Virus genome (UHGV): UHGV-0871375
From: a virus
Reading direction: 5' to 3' (one strand)
DNA length: 22,023 bases
Positions 1 to 8,239 of this stretch are shown one piece after another; the stretch's first letter is position 1, and each line of letters starts with the position of its first letter. Under the pieces are notes generated by a model. It had not been told where the DNA came from. It searched no databases and was given only the letters and a program-made list of their open reading frames with translations. The translations under genes were made by a program, and so were the position numbers.

Positions 1-1
1 A

Positions 2-127
2 TCCATGGAGATGTCATCGTCGTTTTCCTCATGCGTATCTCGCCTTTCTTTTCTCTTCCCTGATGATTCCATATATTTGGAGAAGTCCGGGTTGTTGACC
101 ACGGAACGCATTTGCGACTTTATATAA
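2..127 (+). CDS. possible 3' end of an early-region gene whose start lies outside the window
   Basis: Frame is open from the window edge to TAA at 125-127 while the other two plus frames hit stops earlier; next gene's RBS and ATG follow immediately. No homology recognised. Confidence 0.2.
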   Translation, partial: SMEMSSSFSSCVSRLSFLFPDDSIYLEKSGLLTTERICDFI

Positions 128-143
128 AATGGGGAGACACAAA

Positions 144-386
144 ATGTTCAAACGCTGCATCACCAAGTGTGGAAGCACACCTGACATCCACGCTTTTATT
201 AATGAAGATGGTAAGCTTGTTGTTGAGAGGAGTGGTCATTTTATTAGCAAACAACTTATCATTACCTCTCCAGCGGAGATGGCCGGGGAATGGATAGTTT
301 CTGAACCAGAGGAGTTGCACATCCCGCTTCCTTATGGCCCTCAGGGACTGATTTATAACCGTTATGTTCAGAAGGAGGCGGGTTGA
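144..386 (+). CDS. hypothetical early-region protein (80 aa)
   Basis: ORF 129..386 in the track; ATG at 144 is preferred because GGGGAG at 131-136 sits 7 nt upstream, whereas the ATG at 129 has no RBS. Same strand and operon direction as xis/int. No family recognised. Confidence 0.55.
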   Translation: MFKRCITKCGSTPDIHAFINEDGKLVVERSGHFISKQLIITSPAEMAGEWIVSEPEELHIPLPYGPQGLIYNRYVQKEAG

Positions 387-665
387 CAATGTCAGGCATA
401 ACATCGCCGAGAAATCGAAAGAAAAACAGAACAAGGTAAACGTTGATCTTGCAGCATCAGGCATGGAGTACAGAGAGCGCCTTAACATACCTGTTATCAC
501 TGAGCAGGTATCATGAGAGCAACCTGAGCACTCACGCGAGTATTTCATGGAGCGCATCAGATACTATCGCGAGCAGTCGTTAAACATGCCCAAGGGAAGC
601 AACCCATGGTATATCGATATGGATGAACAGAACGCCAAGAAGTAAACGCAATTTGAACGAATGCG

Positions 666-692
666 AACCCGCCGAGTGCGGGTTTTCTTTTA
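666..692 (+). terminator. intrinsic terminator-like hairpin plus T-run
   Basis: aacccgc-cgagt-gcgggtt stem-loop followed by TTTTCTTTT, read directly from the sequence. Confidence 0.5.
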
Positions 693-734
693 TCTGAACT
701 CGCTACGGCGAGTTTTGTTTTATGGAGACAAGAA

Positions 735-1079
735 ATGTCAGATTTGGCTATGAAGGTTTTGAAATGGCAATCGACTGGCGATGTTGGCATCAGTAGCGCA
801 ACTCTTGCCTCAATCGCATGTGGACTGAAAAAGAATATCTATGGTCATAGCTTCGGTGCTCCACATGACGCAGCCGATTTCAGACGATGCGTTGCACTTG
901 TTGAGCAGATTCCAGAAATCAGAGATTCATTCGACAAGGTTGCAAAGCGCGTTCCGGCATTCAAAGGAATCCTCAACGAATGGGATTTCCTCGTTGCTCT
1001 TTTGAAGTCTGAAATGAAGATACACGGAAACAAAGCACCAGAGACTTACAGAAGAATCAGCGAGCTACGCAAGGACTAA
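735..1079 (+). CDS. hypothetical early-region protein (114 aa)
   Basis: Clean 114-codon ORF with GGAGA RBS about 8 nt upstream of the ATG; terminator-like hairpins on both sides. No family recognised. Confidence 0.65.
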   Translation: MSDLAMKVLKWQSTGDVGISSATLASIACGLKKNIYGHSFGAPHDAADFRRCVALVEQIPEIRDSFDKVAKRVPAFKGILNEWDFLVALLKSEMKIHGNKAPETYRRISELRKD

Positions 1080-1136
1080 CCCGCCTCACACTCGATGAGG
1101 CCTGTTCATTTCTCAAGATATCCAGACCTACCATCG

Positions 1137-1156
1137 CCGCATCAATGCGGTTTTTT
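1137..1156 (+). terminator. short hairpin plus T6 run upstream of xis
   Basis: ccgca-tcaa-tgcgg followed by TTTTTT at 1151-1156. Short stem, so weak. Confidence 0.35.
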
Positions 1157-1157
1157 C

Positions 1158-1200
1158 TTGCGTGTAATTGCGGAGACTTTGCGATGTACTTGACACTTCA
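1158..1200 (+). promoter_or_regulatory. pI-like promoter with CII box (TTGC-N6-TTGC)
   Basis: TTGCGTGTAATTGC at 1158-1171 matches the lambda CII recognition repeat and the surrounding sequence matches lambda pI as I recall it. Its position overlapping the xis start is the lambda arrangement that lets Int be made without Xis. Confidence 0.55.
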
Positions 1201-1402
1201 GGAGTGGAACGCTCGCCAGCGACGCCCAAGAAGCCTTGAAACAGTTCGTCGATGGGTGCGCGAATGCAGGATATTCCCTCCTCCGGTTAAGGATGGAAGA
1301 GAGTATCTGTTCCACGAATCAGCGGTAAAGGTTGACTTAAATCGACCAGTAACAGGTAGCCTTTTGAAGAGGATCAGAAATGGGAAGAAGGCGAAGTCAT
1401 GA
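1184..1402 (+). CDS. xis: excisionase Xis (72 aa), lambda-type
   Basis: Translation MYLTLQEWNARQRRPRSLETVRRWVRECRIFPPPVKDGREYLFHESAVKVDL... is essentially lambda Xis from memory. The true start is the ATG at 1184, not the upstream ATG at 1145 used by the ORF track. The 3' end overlaps int as in lambda. Confidence 0.9.
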   Translation: MYLTLQEWNARQRRPRSLETVRRWVRECRIFPPPVKDGREYLFHESAVKVDLNRPVTGSLLKRIRNGKKAKS

Positions 1403-2453
1403 GCGCCGGGATTTACCCCCTAACCTTTATATAAGAAACAATGGATATTACTGCTACAGGGACCCAAGGACGGGTAAAGAGTTCGGATTAGGCAGAGACA
1501 GGAGGATAGCAATTACTGAAACAATACAGGCCAATATTGAGTTACTCTCAGACAGCGGACGCAAATCACTGATAGACAGAATTAAAGGCGGTGACGCAAT
1601 CACTCTTCATGTGTGGCTTGACCGATATGAAAGAATCCTCACCGAAAGGGGGATCAGGCCGAAAACTCTACTCGACTACGCCAGCAAAATCAGGGCAATC
1701 CGAAGAAAATTGCCGGACAAACCGCTCACTGACATATCAACGAAAGAAGTGGCAGCAATGCTAAACACCTACGTAGCAGAAGGTAAAGCAGCTTCCGCAA
1801 AATTAATCAGGTCAACCCTTGTTGACGTTTTTCGTGAAGCAATAGCCGAGGGGCATGTGGCAACGAATCCGGTAACAGCAACCCGTACAGCAAAGTCAGA
1901 AGTAAGGCGCTCAAGGCTGACAGCTAATGAGTATGTCGAGATTTACCATGCAGCCGAACCTCTCCCTATCTGGCTAAGGCTGGCGATGGATTTGGCCGTC
2001 GTTACAGGGCAGAGAGTCGGCGATTTGTGCAGAATGAAATGGTCAGACATAAACGACAACCATCTTCACATTGAACAGAGTAAAACAGGGGCTAAACTCG
2101 CCATTCCGCTAACGCTAACGATTGACGCGCTCAATATCTCATTGGCTGATACACTACAGAAATGCAGGGAGGCCAGCAGCAGTGAAACTATAATCGCATC
2201 AAAGCATCACGATCCGCTTTCCCCGAAAACAGTATCAAAGTATTTTACAAAGGCGAGAAATGCATCTGGACTCTCATTTGATGGAAACCCGCCAACATTC
2301 CATGAACTGCGTAGCCTGTCAGCGAGGCTATACCGGAACCAGATTGGCGATAAGTTTGCTCAACGTCTTCTCGGGCATAAATCAGATTCAATGGCGGCGC
2401 GGTATAGGGACAGCCGTGGACGGGAATGGGACAAAATTGAAATCGACAAATGA
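1380..2453 (+). CDS. int: tyrosine integrase, lambda Int family (357 aa)
   Basis: The first ~47 aa (arm-binding domain) match lambda Int as recalled. Catalytic residues are present in lambda-like context (VTGQRVGDL, EQSKTG, HELRSL, LLGHKS, ARYRD). Residues ~55-170 (core-binding domain) are clearly diverged from lambda. Confidence 0.95.
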   Translation: MGRRRSHERRDLPPNLYIRNNGYYCYRDPRTGKEFGLGRDRRIAITETIQANIELLSDSGRKSLIDRIKGGDAITLHVWLDRYERILTERGIRPKTLLDYASKIRAIRRKLPDKPLTDISTKEVAAMLNTYVAEGKAASAKLIRSTLVDVFREAIAEGHVATNPVTATRTAKSEVRRSRLTANEYVEIYHAAEPLPIWLRLAMDLAVVTGQRVGDLCRMKWSDINDNHLHIEQSKTGAKLAIPLTLTIDALNISLADTLQKCREASSSETIIASKHHDPLSPKTVSKYFTKARNASGLSFDGNPPTFHELRSLSARLYRNQIGDKFAQRLLGHKSDSMAARYRDSRGREWDKIEIDK

Positions 2454-2680
2454 TTTTATTTTGACTAATAATGACCTGCCCACATTAATTCATTGATAAT
2501 AAAAGAGATTTTAAATATACAACTTATTCACCTAAAGGGTGATAAAATCATACAAATCACCTAAAAATCATATAGTTGCATGCATTAGTGGTTAAATAAC
2601 AGACTACAAAATGCTACAAAACACAACATATCCAGTCACTATGAATCAACCACTTAGATGGTATTAGTGACCTGTAACAG
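2454..2680. other. attP-like attachment region with lambda-type arm sites; core not identified
   Basis: 2600-2680 is close to the reverse complement of the lambda attP P arm, including arm-type sites CAGTCACTAT (2631-2640) and TTAGTGACCT (2664-2673). A P'-arm-like site with one change (ATAATGACCT) lies at ~2472-2481. The lambda core GCTTTTTTATACTAA is absent; a CAACTTATT core-type-like motif sits at 2520-2528. Confidence 0.55.
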
Positions 2681-2684
2681 AGCA

Positions 2685-2726
2685 TTAGCGCAAGGTGATT
2701 TTTTGTCTTCTTGCGCTAATTTTTTG
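2685..2726 (+). terminator. sib/tI-like hairpin terminator downstream of int and attP
   Basis: ttagcgcaag ... cttgcgctaa inverted repeat followed by TTTTTT; matches my memory of the lambda sib/tI retroregulation element and lies in the same relative position. Confidence 0.6.
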
Positions 2727-3020
2727 TCAACACACTGGGTTGGCTTAATTTACAACCATGCTCAGTATCTCGATAAGCGCAGAGAAATGATGCAATGGTG
2801 GGCGGACTGGCTTGATGAAAAGGTGGAGTGATCCACCTTAACTATCGAATGACACAAATCCTTGCAATCCAGTGCAAAGCTTTGTGTACCTTAGTTTTGT
2901 CTCATAGGTAATTCTGCTTTAACTGCGATGCAGGAATCTGTCACCAGACGCACGTCTCGTTGTTTTATGGTTTTCCGTTCATGATTAATATGTTAGCTTG
3001 TCAAAGTTTGTGTTTAAGAT

Positions 3021-3691
3021 ATGGTGATTGATGCAATGTTAAGCGTTCAGATGACTCCACAAGCAAAAGTTAGCTTCGAGGAGCAATGTTTTTTTCATGC
3101 TTCAGGTCTTGTTGTTGCCCCAATAAATGTTGGAGCATTCTCCTACTTTGGCGCTAATTGTATGCTCGGCGGCTTTACGATGGGTAGATTTTGTTCAGTT
3201 GCTCCAGGAGTAAAAATTGGCCTTGGCGAGCATGAAACTGGGTATTTTTCTACGCATCCTTTTTCTTTGGCTCAAAAAATGGTTTTAAAATCCCTGATGG
3301 TATAGGAATGCAACGCGACCTCTCTCAACAGAAGCATGGTATACCAAGAATTGGTCATGACGTATGGATAGGTGCAAATGCGGTTATCAGGCGAGGTATA
3401 ACTATTGGTACTGGCGCTGTTATTGCTGCTGGCGCTATTGTCACCAAAAATGTCGAGCCATATTCAATCGTAGGTGGCGTTTCTGCAAAACACCTAGGGT
3501 ACAGATTTGAGGAATCAATCATCAAAGAGTTACTGGATAGCCAATGGTGGGAATATGATTTAAGCTCATTTATTGGGATTGATACAAGGACACCGACTAC
3601 TTTTTTAGAGCAGTTTAATGCTATAAAAGATAAAAAGAAGGCATCTTATAAGAGATTTACAATTCTTCCATCCGGTGAAATTGTTGAATAG
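3021..3691 (+). pseudogene. hexapeptide-repeat (left-handed beta-helix) acetyltransferase, XAT/CatB-Vat-like, split by a frameshift
   Basis: ORF 3021..3305 carries N-terminal motifs (SFEEQ..., GRFCSVAPG, STHPFSL) and ORF 3308..3691 in another frame carries the hexapeptide core ([13 protein letters not shown]...[12 protein letters not shown]...PYSIVGG) and a C-terminal WW motif (LLDSQWWEY). The two frames join into one ~215-aa protein (...HPFS[L/F][11 protein letters not shown]...) if one nucleotide is added in the T-rich stretch at ~3263-3269. Confidence 0.6.
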
Positions 3692-3712
3692 CGCATCCCT
3701 GCGCTATATTTT
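3690..3712. terminator. shared hairpin between the convergent acetyltransferase and tailspike genes
   Basis: agcgca-tccc-tgcgct perfect 6-bp stem at 3690-3705 lies in the 19-bp gap between the two stop codons, followed by ATATTTTA on the plus strand. Confidence 0.4.
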
Positions 3713-6077
3713 AAATAAACATAAGAATAAACATCAGAAGTTCCTCGTATCTGATACCATACTGATAACCAGCAGGTTTAATAATAACCTGCCTTCCTGT
3801 GTAATATTCCTCGTCGTACCACTCTCCTGTTTCATTGTTTTTAACACTCCTAATTAATACCTCTGGAGCATAAATATCATCCCATTCATCATAACACCAG
3901 AACGCATAGTTATTAGGGTCAAGACCGTATTTTCTGAGAATATTACCTACAGTTTGTGCACCAACACCGAAATGAATCCGAGCGCCATCACTCTTGATCT
4001 TTACTGCATCTTTAAATTTAAACCTCCAGATATTTTTCTTTATTTCAAGCGCAGCAAGACGCTCTGATTCTGTTGTTTTCTCGTCAGCCTCAATACGCAA
4101 TTTCAGCTCTTCATTCGACGTGTTGATACTGCCAGTACCAGCGTATACCTGTGACCATCGAAATGCTGATGTTCCGTTTGAGTTAACATTATCAACAGTT
4201 GGTTTTATAAGGCCAGAAAAATGAGTTTCAGGTGATGTATGAAGAAGATATCCGCCAGAATCGTTTTTTGTGCGTAATTCTATAGAGTCTACAATTATTC
4301 CACTGCGACGAATAATGATAGCGTTATTACCTTGTGCACCATTGTCTTTCTGAGTGGATAGTGTGTATCCGGTACGAGTATCTATCCTCCATCTTTTGGT
4401 ATCTTCTGATGCTTCCTGATTATAAAGATAAATAGAGTTATCAGTGTAATTATTTTTGCCATCAATATTTGTAAGTGTAAATGTGTTATTTACTTTGTCA
4501 TCATTGACCATTAAATTGGCAAGAGTGTAGAGAGGAGATGCAGTATACTGGCTGCAATTAAAACCACGTGCGTTTTGTATGTTAAGTAATGTTGTGACAT
4601 TAGCATTAATGCTAATATTGGAAAAGTTTGTCGCCTGATTTGCTCCATGTATTGATGATGTTACTCCTATCTGAGCTCCAATATCCAATGTACCAAAACT
4701 TACATTAATGAAGTTGTTTGCATCGCCACCATCTATAATTATTCCTTTTTTAGTCGTCGTATAACCTGATGCACTGCTAATCTCCAATCCATTAATGGTG
4801 CACACTCTTGGTCTGATGAGTCTAATTCCTACCCATTCATTTCCGTGGTCATATCCTCCTCCTGCTCTATGTATGGCTAGTCCATTAGCAATCAAAAGAA
4901 ATCTGTTATCAAGATTAATAGGGTGAAGCTGGCTATTAATGATAACGTTTGTCCATATAGACTCACCATACGCATAGCGATTTGATTCGAACACTCTATC
5001 CTGAGCATCATAAACACCGTTTAGGGATCTAGCAACATCGACATTGGTAAGATTGAAATATGTCTTCTGCTTAATTTCAAAAAAATTGGCAACGTTATGC
5101 GTTGTGATATCACTCACACGCATGGATAAAATACCTTCTTCTGGAGCGGTGCGAATGAATCCATCAAGGAACTGTTCATTATAACTTTTGGCTATCTGAT
5201 AACATCCAACAGCATCAATGCGTTCGATTGTGAACTGCCAACTATCACCACAGTTAAAAGACCATTCCCAACCGTACTTCTGTGCGAATTCATCAGAATC
5301 AATATTTGCAGTCTCAGAACAGAAAGATAAAAATCTAAATGTTGGTTTTGGCCTTAGATGATTAAGCCCGACACCTCTTGGGGTATATATGGCATTAGCG
5401 CCATTCCCGCCTTTGCTTTTAATTGTAAGGTGACTTAAACCAAATTCAACATCATGCTTAGTTGGTGCAGCGAAAACAAATCCATCTTTTGGTGATGTGG
5501 TATTATCAAACACAATAACCGTTTTACCCTGTCCATCGCCACACATATTCACTGGTGGTATATTAACTGGTCCAATTAAATTATATGTTCCAGTTGGAAT
5601 ATATAACTTTCCACCATCTCCAAGAGCATTTGCTGCTGCAATAAATGCCACCGTATCATCGTTAACACCGTCACCTTTCGCCCCATAATGCTGTGGCGTA
5701 ATTAACAGCATACGGTCAGAAAAAATCTCTTCCCTAAGTTGATCAGGATCGTATTTTAATACATTTGGAAAATAAAACTGCTGAGTGCCATATGCATCAT
5801 ATACAGCCATAGAATGGCCTTGCACAGTTACGAATTTGGCAATCTGCCCGTTATATACCGGATATCCAGCAGCGTTAATGATGATTGGTTGCGAAACAGG
5901 AACATGAGAGCCGTCTTCGTTCTCTACATAAACCTGAATCTGGTTTTCTGGACTTACCGGGTCAGTGTCAATTTTTCCGATATAAATTTTGCCGTTGGCT
6001 ACTGCTTTAAAAGAACGCGCCATAGTGAAAAGTTGCGAAGGCATACTCACTACAACATTGGCTGTAATGTCTGTCAT
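3711..6077 (-). CDS. tailspike protein (788 aa): P22-type head-binding N-domain, pectate-lyase-like beta-helix domain, C-terminal chaperone-like domain
   Basis: First ~110 aa ([41 protein letters not shown]...VTVQGHSMA) match the P22-family tailspike head-binding domain. [11 protein letters not shown] opens a right-handed beta-helix depolymerase-like region. The C-terminus ([11 protein letters not shown]...IWRFKFKD...[10 protein letters not shown]) resembles intramolecular chaperone (peptidase S74-type) domains. GGAG RBS is 9 nt upstream. Confidence 0.9.
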   Translation of the reverse strand: MTDITANVVVSMPSQLFTMARSFKAVANGKIYIGKIDTDPVSPENQIQVYVENEDGSHVPVSQPIIINAAGYPVYNGQIAKFVTVQGHSMAVYDAYGTQQFYFPNVLKYDPDQLREEIFSDRMLLITPQHYGAKGDGVNDDTVAFIAAANALGDGGKLYIPTGTYNLIGPVNIPPVNMCGDGQGKTVIVFDNTTSPKDGFVFAAPTKHDVEFGLSHLTIKSKGGNGANAIYTPRGVGLNHLRPKPTFRFLSFCSETANIDSDEFAQKYGWEWSFNCGDSWQFTIERIDAVGCYQIAKSYNEQFLDGFIRTAPEEGILSMRVSDITTHNVANFFEIKQKTYFNLTNVDVARSLNGVYDAQDRVFESNRYAYGESIWTNVIINSQLHPINLDNRFLLIANGLAIHRAGGGYDHGNEWVGIRLIRPRVCTINGLEISSASGYTTTKKGIIIDGGDANNFINVSFGTLDIGAQIGVTSSIHGANQATNFSNISINANVTTLLNIQNARGFNCSQYTASPLYTLANLMVNDDKVNNTFTLTNIDGKNNYTDNSIYLYNQEASEDTKRWRIDTRTGYTLSTQKDNGAQGNNAIIIRRSGIIVDSIELRTKNDSGGYLLHTSPETHFSGLIKPTVDNVNSNGTSAFRWSQVYAGTGSINTSNEELKLRIEADEKTTESERLAALEIKKNIWRFKFKDAVKIKSDGARIHFGVGAQTVGNILRKYGLDPNNYAFWCYDEWDDIYAPEVLIRSVKNNETGEWYDEEYYTGRQVIIKPAGYQYGIRYEELLMFILMFI

Positions 6078-6241
6078 TTAATTTTCTCCAGACGTAGCAA
6101 TGCGGAACAAGATGCAACTTGCCCGGCATTGCATTAATGTAAGTTATGATTTGTTAACTATGAAATGAGTCTATGCAAAAAGATCTGTTGAATATTGCGT
6201 TCTATATATTTGGTTTTTGCACATTTCTGGTGTTTGCAAAG

Positions 6242-8239
6242 CTATTCTGACAACGAATCAGACTTCGCACCCTGCGTCAGGGCGTTAATTGCCTTTTGTG
6301 CCTGCTGCATGGTTTTCTCAAACTCTGTTGATCCGCGTGGGGTGTTTGCCATTCGGAGCATTGCATTTCTGAATGGCTCGCTCTCATAGGCGCGAGTAAG
6401 AAGTCCGTAGCTTACTGCTGCGCCAGTTGTCGCCGGGTTCATTGCCGTCCCATACCCAATAATGAACGGGATAGTTTGCTGCCCTGTGGGTGTTGTTACT
6501 GCCGCTTTTGCAGCCTGCTGCGTGGATTGTAGGTAGTTTTTTAATCCTTTCAGATAAGCAGCGTCCTGCCCCTTAAATGTGATGCCAGTCTGGTTTTGCA
6601 GGATGTTAAGCTGCCGAAGGAACTGGTCAGGGGATCCGCCAGATTTCTCCATCGCCTTTCCAATGATGCCATTGCGCATTTGCGCCCTGCCAACACGACC
6701 AACTGAGTTATACAGCGTCTTAATTTCCGATTTGTTCTTGCTGAATAGCATGTTGTTGACAACTTCCGGCGTCAGGTCTCCTTTCATGAGAACATTCTTC
6801 AGCCTGGTATTCTTTAGTTTCGCCGCTTCGTCAGCGTAGACGGCATTGGCCTGCTGATATTTACGGAGAGTATCGTTGCCAAGATTCTGACCAATGGCAC
6901 CATTGATATCGTCGGTCATCGCCTTGTAAACACGTTGAATGGCGGCATCGGAACGGTTTGGTAAGACTGGTCGCTCCCCCTTCACGTCCATTCTGAACTG
7001 GCTGCGCAGATCGCTTAATTGCTTCAAATCCAGATTAACCGGACCATCAGGGCCAGCATTGCGAACAAGCTCATCACGATATGACTGAAGTTTTGAAATT
7101 GTCTCGTTATCAGCTACCTTACCAAGCTTCTGCAGATTAGATATTTCTGTATCAATCTGCTGAATTGCTCGCGCAGGCTGAATGTTTACTCCAGCCATAG
7201 CATTCTGAACCTGCTCCAGTCGATTACCGGCGGCACGACGAATTCCTAATGTTTTCGCTTTAAGGCTGTCAATAACAACAGATGGATCATACTCACCGAA
7301 TTTATCAGCAAATCTCTGCACCAACTGGCTTCTCGCTTCCTGTTGCGTTGCTCTCATTCCGCTTGTGCCAGCCAGAGGGATATTTTCTGCTGTAGTCTGC
7401 GCCATTTTTCCGACGCGGGAAGTGGGTTGTAACAGGTCTGTGGTGTGCAGAGGAACGCCTTCACGCTCTGCAAATCTGATAGCTTGCTGTGCTTCTGGCG
7501 CAATAGCACCACGAACTCCACGATAAGCAGCACCTAATCCACGTCCGGCAGCGTTAATAGCACCGCCAGCCAGCACACCAACGCCTAAATCGGTGGCGAG
7601 TGCTTCCGCATCATCTTTCGCACTATTTGCAGCAAGTGATCCAACTGCGTTTTCTGCTAGAAGGCGAGTTGCCCCCTGAGCAATTCGACCAGCAAGTGTT
7701 GGTGCCTGTACCGCCGCTCTCTCAACTCCAGCAGGAGTGAGGTAAGGCAATGCTTCAGAAAATACCCTTCCCTCTGTCGTTTGTGGAGTCAGCGCACCTT
7801 GCTGAAGGCCAAAGTCCTGCTCTAATCCCTGCGTTGTTACTCGTGGTGCTGGTTGATATGTACCATCGCCAATACCGAGTTTACCGCCAGCCCAAGCCGC
7901 CGCGCTTGTTACAGCATCGGCAACTGATGCAGGTATGTTTGCCACGTTCACGCCAGCCTGCACCAGTCCACGACCAGTCTCTTTTACTGCTTCACCAAGA
8001 TCAGACATAAATCCACTTTGCTGTGGTTGTTGCTGTGCTACTGGTTGTTGTGTCTCCACTGGCTGCACAGATGGCAATGGATAGGCAGCATAGAAAGCTT
8101 GCTTAGCCTGCTCTGCATTTTCTCCGGCTTGCGGGGCCACGACTTCATTGAAGTATTGCTCCTGAGCCTGCGCTTTTTGTTCTGGTGCTAACGCCTGATA
8201 CTGTGGAGAGGCGATAACATCTTTCCATGCTTTAGCCAT
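6242..8239 (-). CDS. ejection/internal protein, P22 gp16-like (Sf6 gp13 position), 665 aa
   Basis: Gln/Ala-rich low-complexity N-region typical of ejection proteins; position immediately before the tailspike; start overlaps the upstream stop. Confidence 0.8.
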   Translation of the reverse strand: MAKAWKDVIASPQYQALAPEQKAQAQEQYFNEVVAPQAGENAEQAKQAFYAAYPLPSVQPVETQQPVAQQQPQQSGFMSDLGEAVKETGRGLVQAGVNVANIPASVADAVTSAAAWAGGKLGIGDGTYQPAPRVTTQGLEQDFGLQQGALTPQTTEGRVFSEALPYLTPAGVERAAVQAPTLAGRIAQGATRLLAENAVGSLAANSAKDDAEALATDLGVGVLAGGAINAAGRGLGAAYRGVRGAIAPEAQQAIRFAEREGVPLHTTDLLQPTSRVGKMAQTTAENIPLAGTSGMRATQQEARSQLVQRFADKFGEYDPSVVIDSLKAKTLGIRRAAGNRLEQVQNAMAGVNIQPARAIQQIDTEISNLQKLGKVADNETISKLQSYRDELVRNAGPDGPVNLDLKQLSDLRSQFRMDVKGERPVLPNRSDAAIQRVYKAMTDDINGAIGQNLGNDTLRKYQQANAVYADEAAKLKNTRLKNVLMKGDLTPEVVNNMLFSKNKSEIKTLYNSVGRVGRAQMRNGIIGKAMEKSGGSPDQFLRQLNILQNQTGITFKGQDAAYLKGLKNYLQSTQQAAKAAVTTPTGQQTIPFIIGYGTAMNPATTGAAVSYGLLTRAYESEPFRNAMLRMANTPRGSTEFEKTMQQAQKAINALTQGAKSDSLSE

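Noticed and set aside
120-557. 145-aa minus-strand ORF from the track
   Set aside because: Antisense to the RBS-supported plus-strand gene and to an intergenic terminator region; junk-like composition and no RBS.
1145-1183. Upstream ATG extending xis by 13 codons (ORF track start)
   Set aside because: The extension overlaps the terminator hairpin and CII box; the lambda Xis match begins at the ATG at 1184.
2260-2496. 78-aa plus-strand ORF overlapping the int 3' end
   Set aside because: Alternative frame inside the integrase gene, running into the attP P' arm.
2454-2700. Canonical lambda attP core GCTTTTTTATACTAA
   Set aside because: Not present on either strand despite lambda-like arms; the core must differ, so I did not annotate a lambda attP core.
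6078-6241. P22 immI region (ant, arc, mnt, sieA) between gene 16 and the tailspike
   Set aside because: Only 164 bp of non-coding DNA here; no ORFs of the required size, so the phage is Sf6/HK620-like rather than P22-like at this locus.
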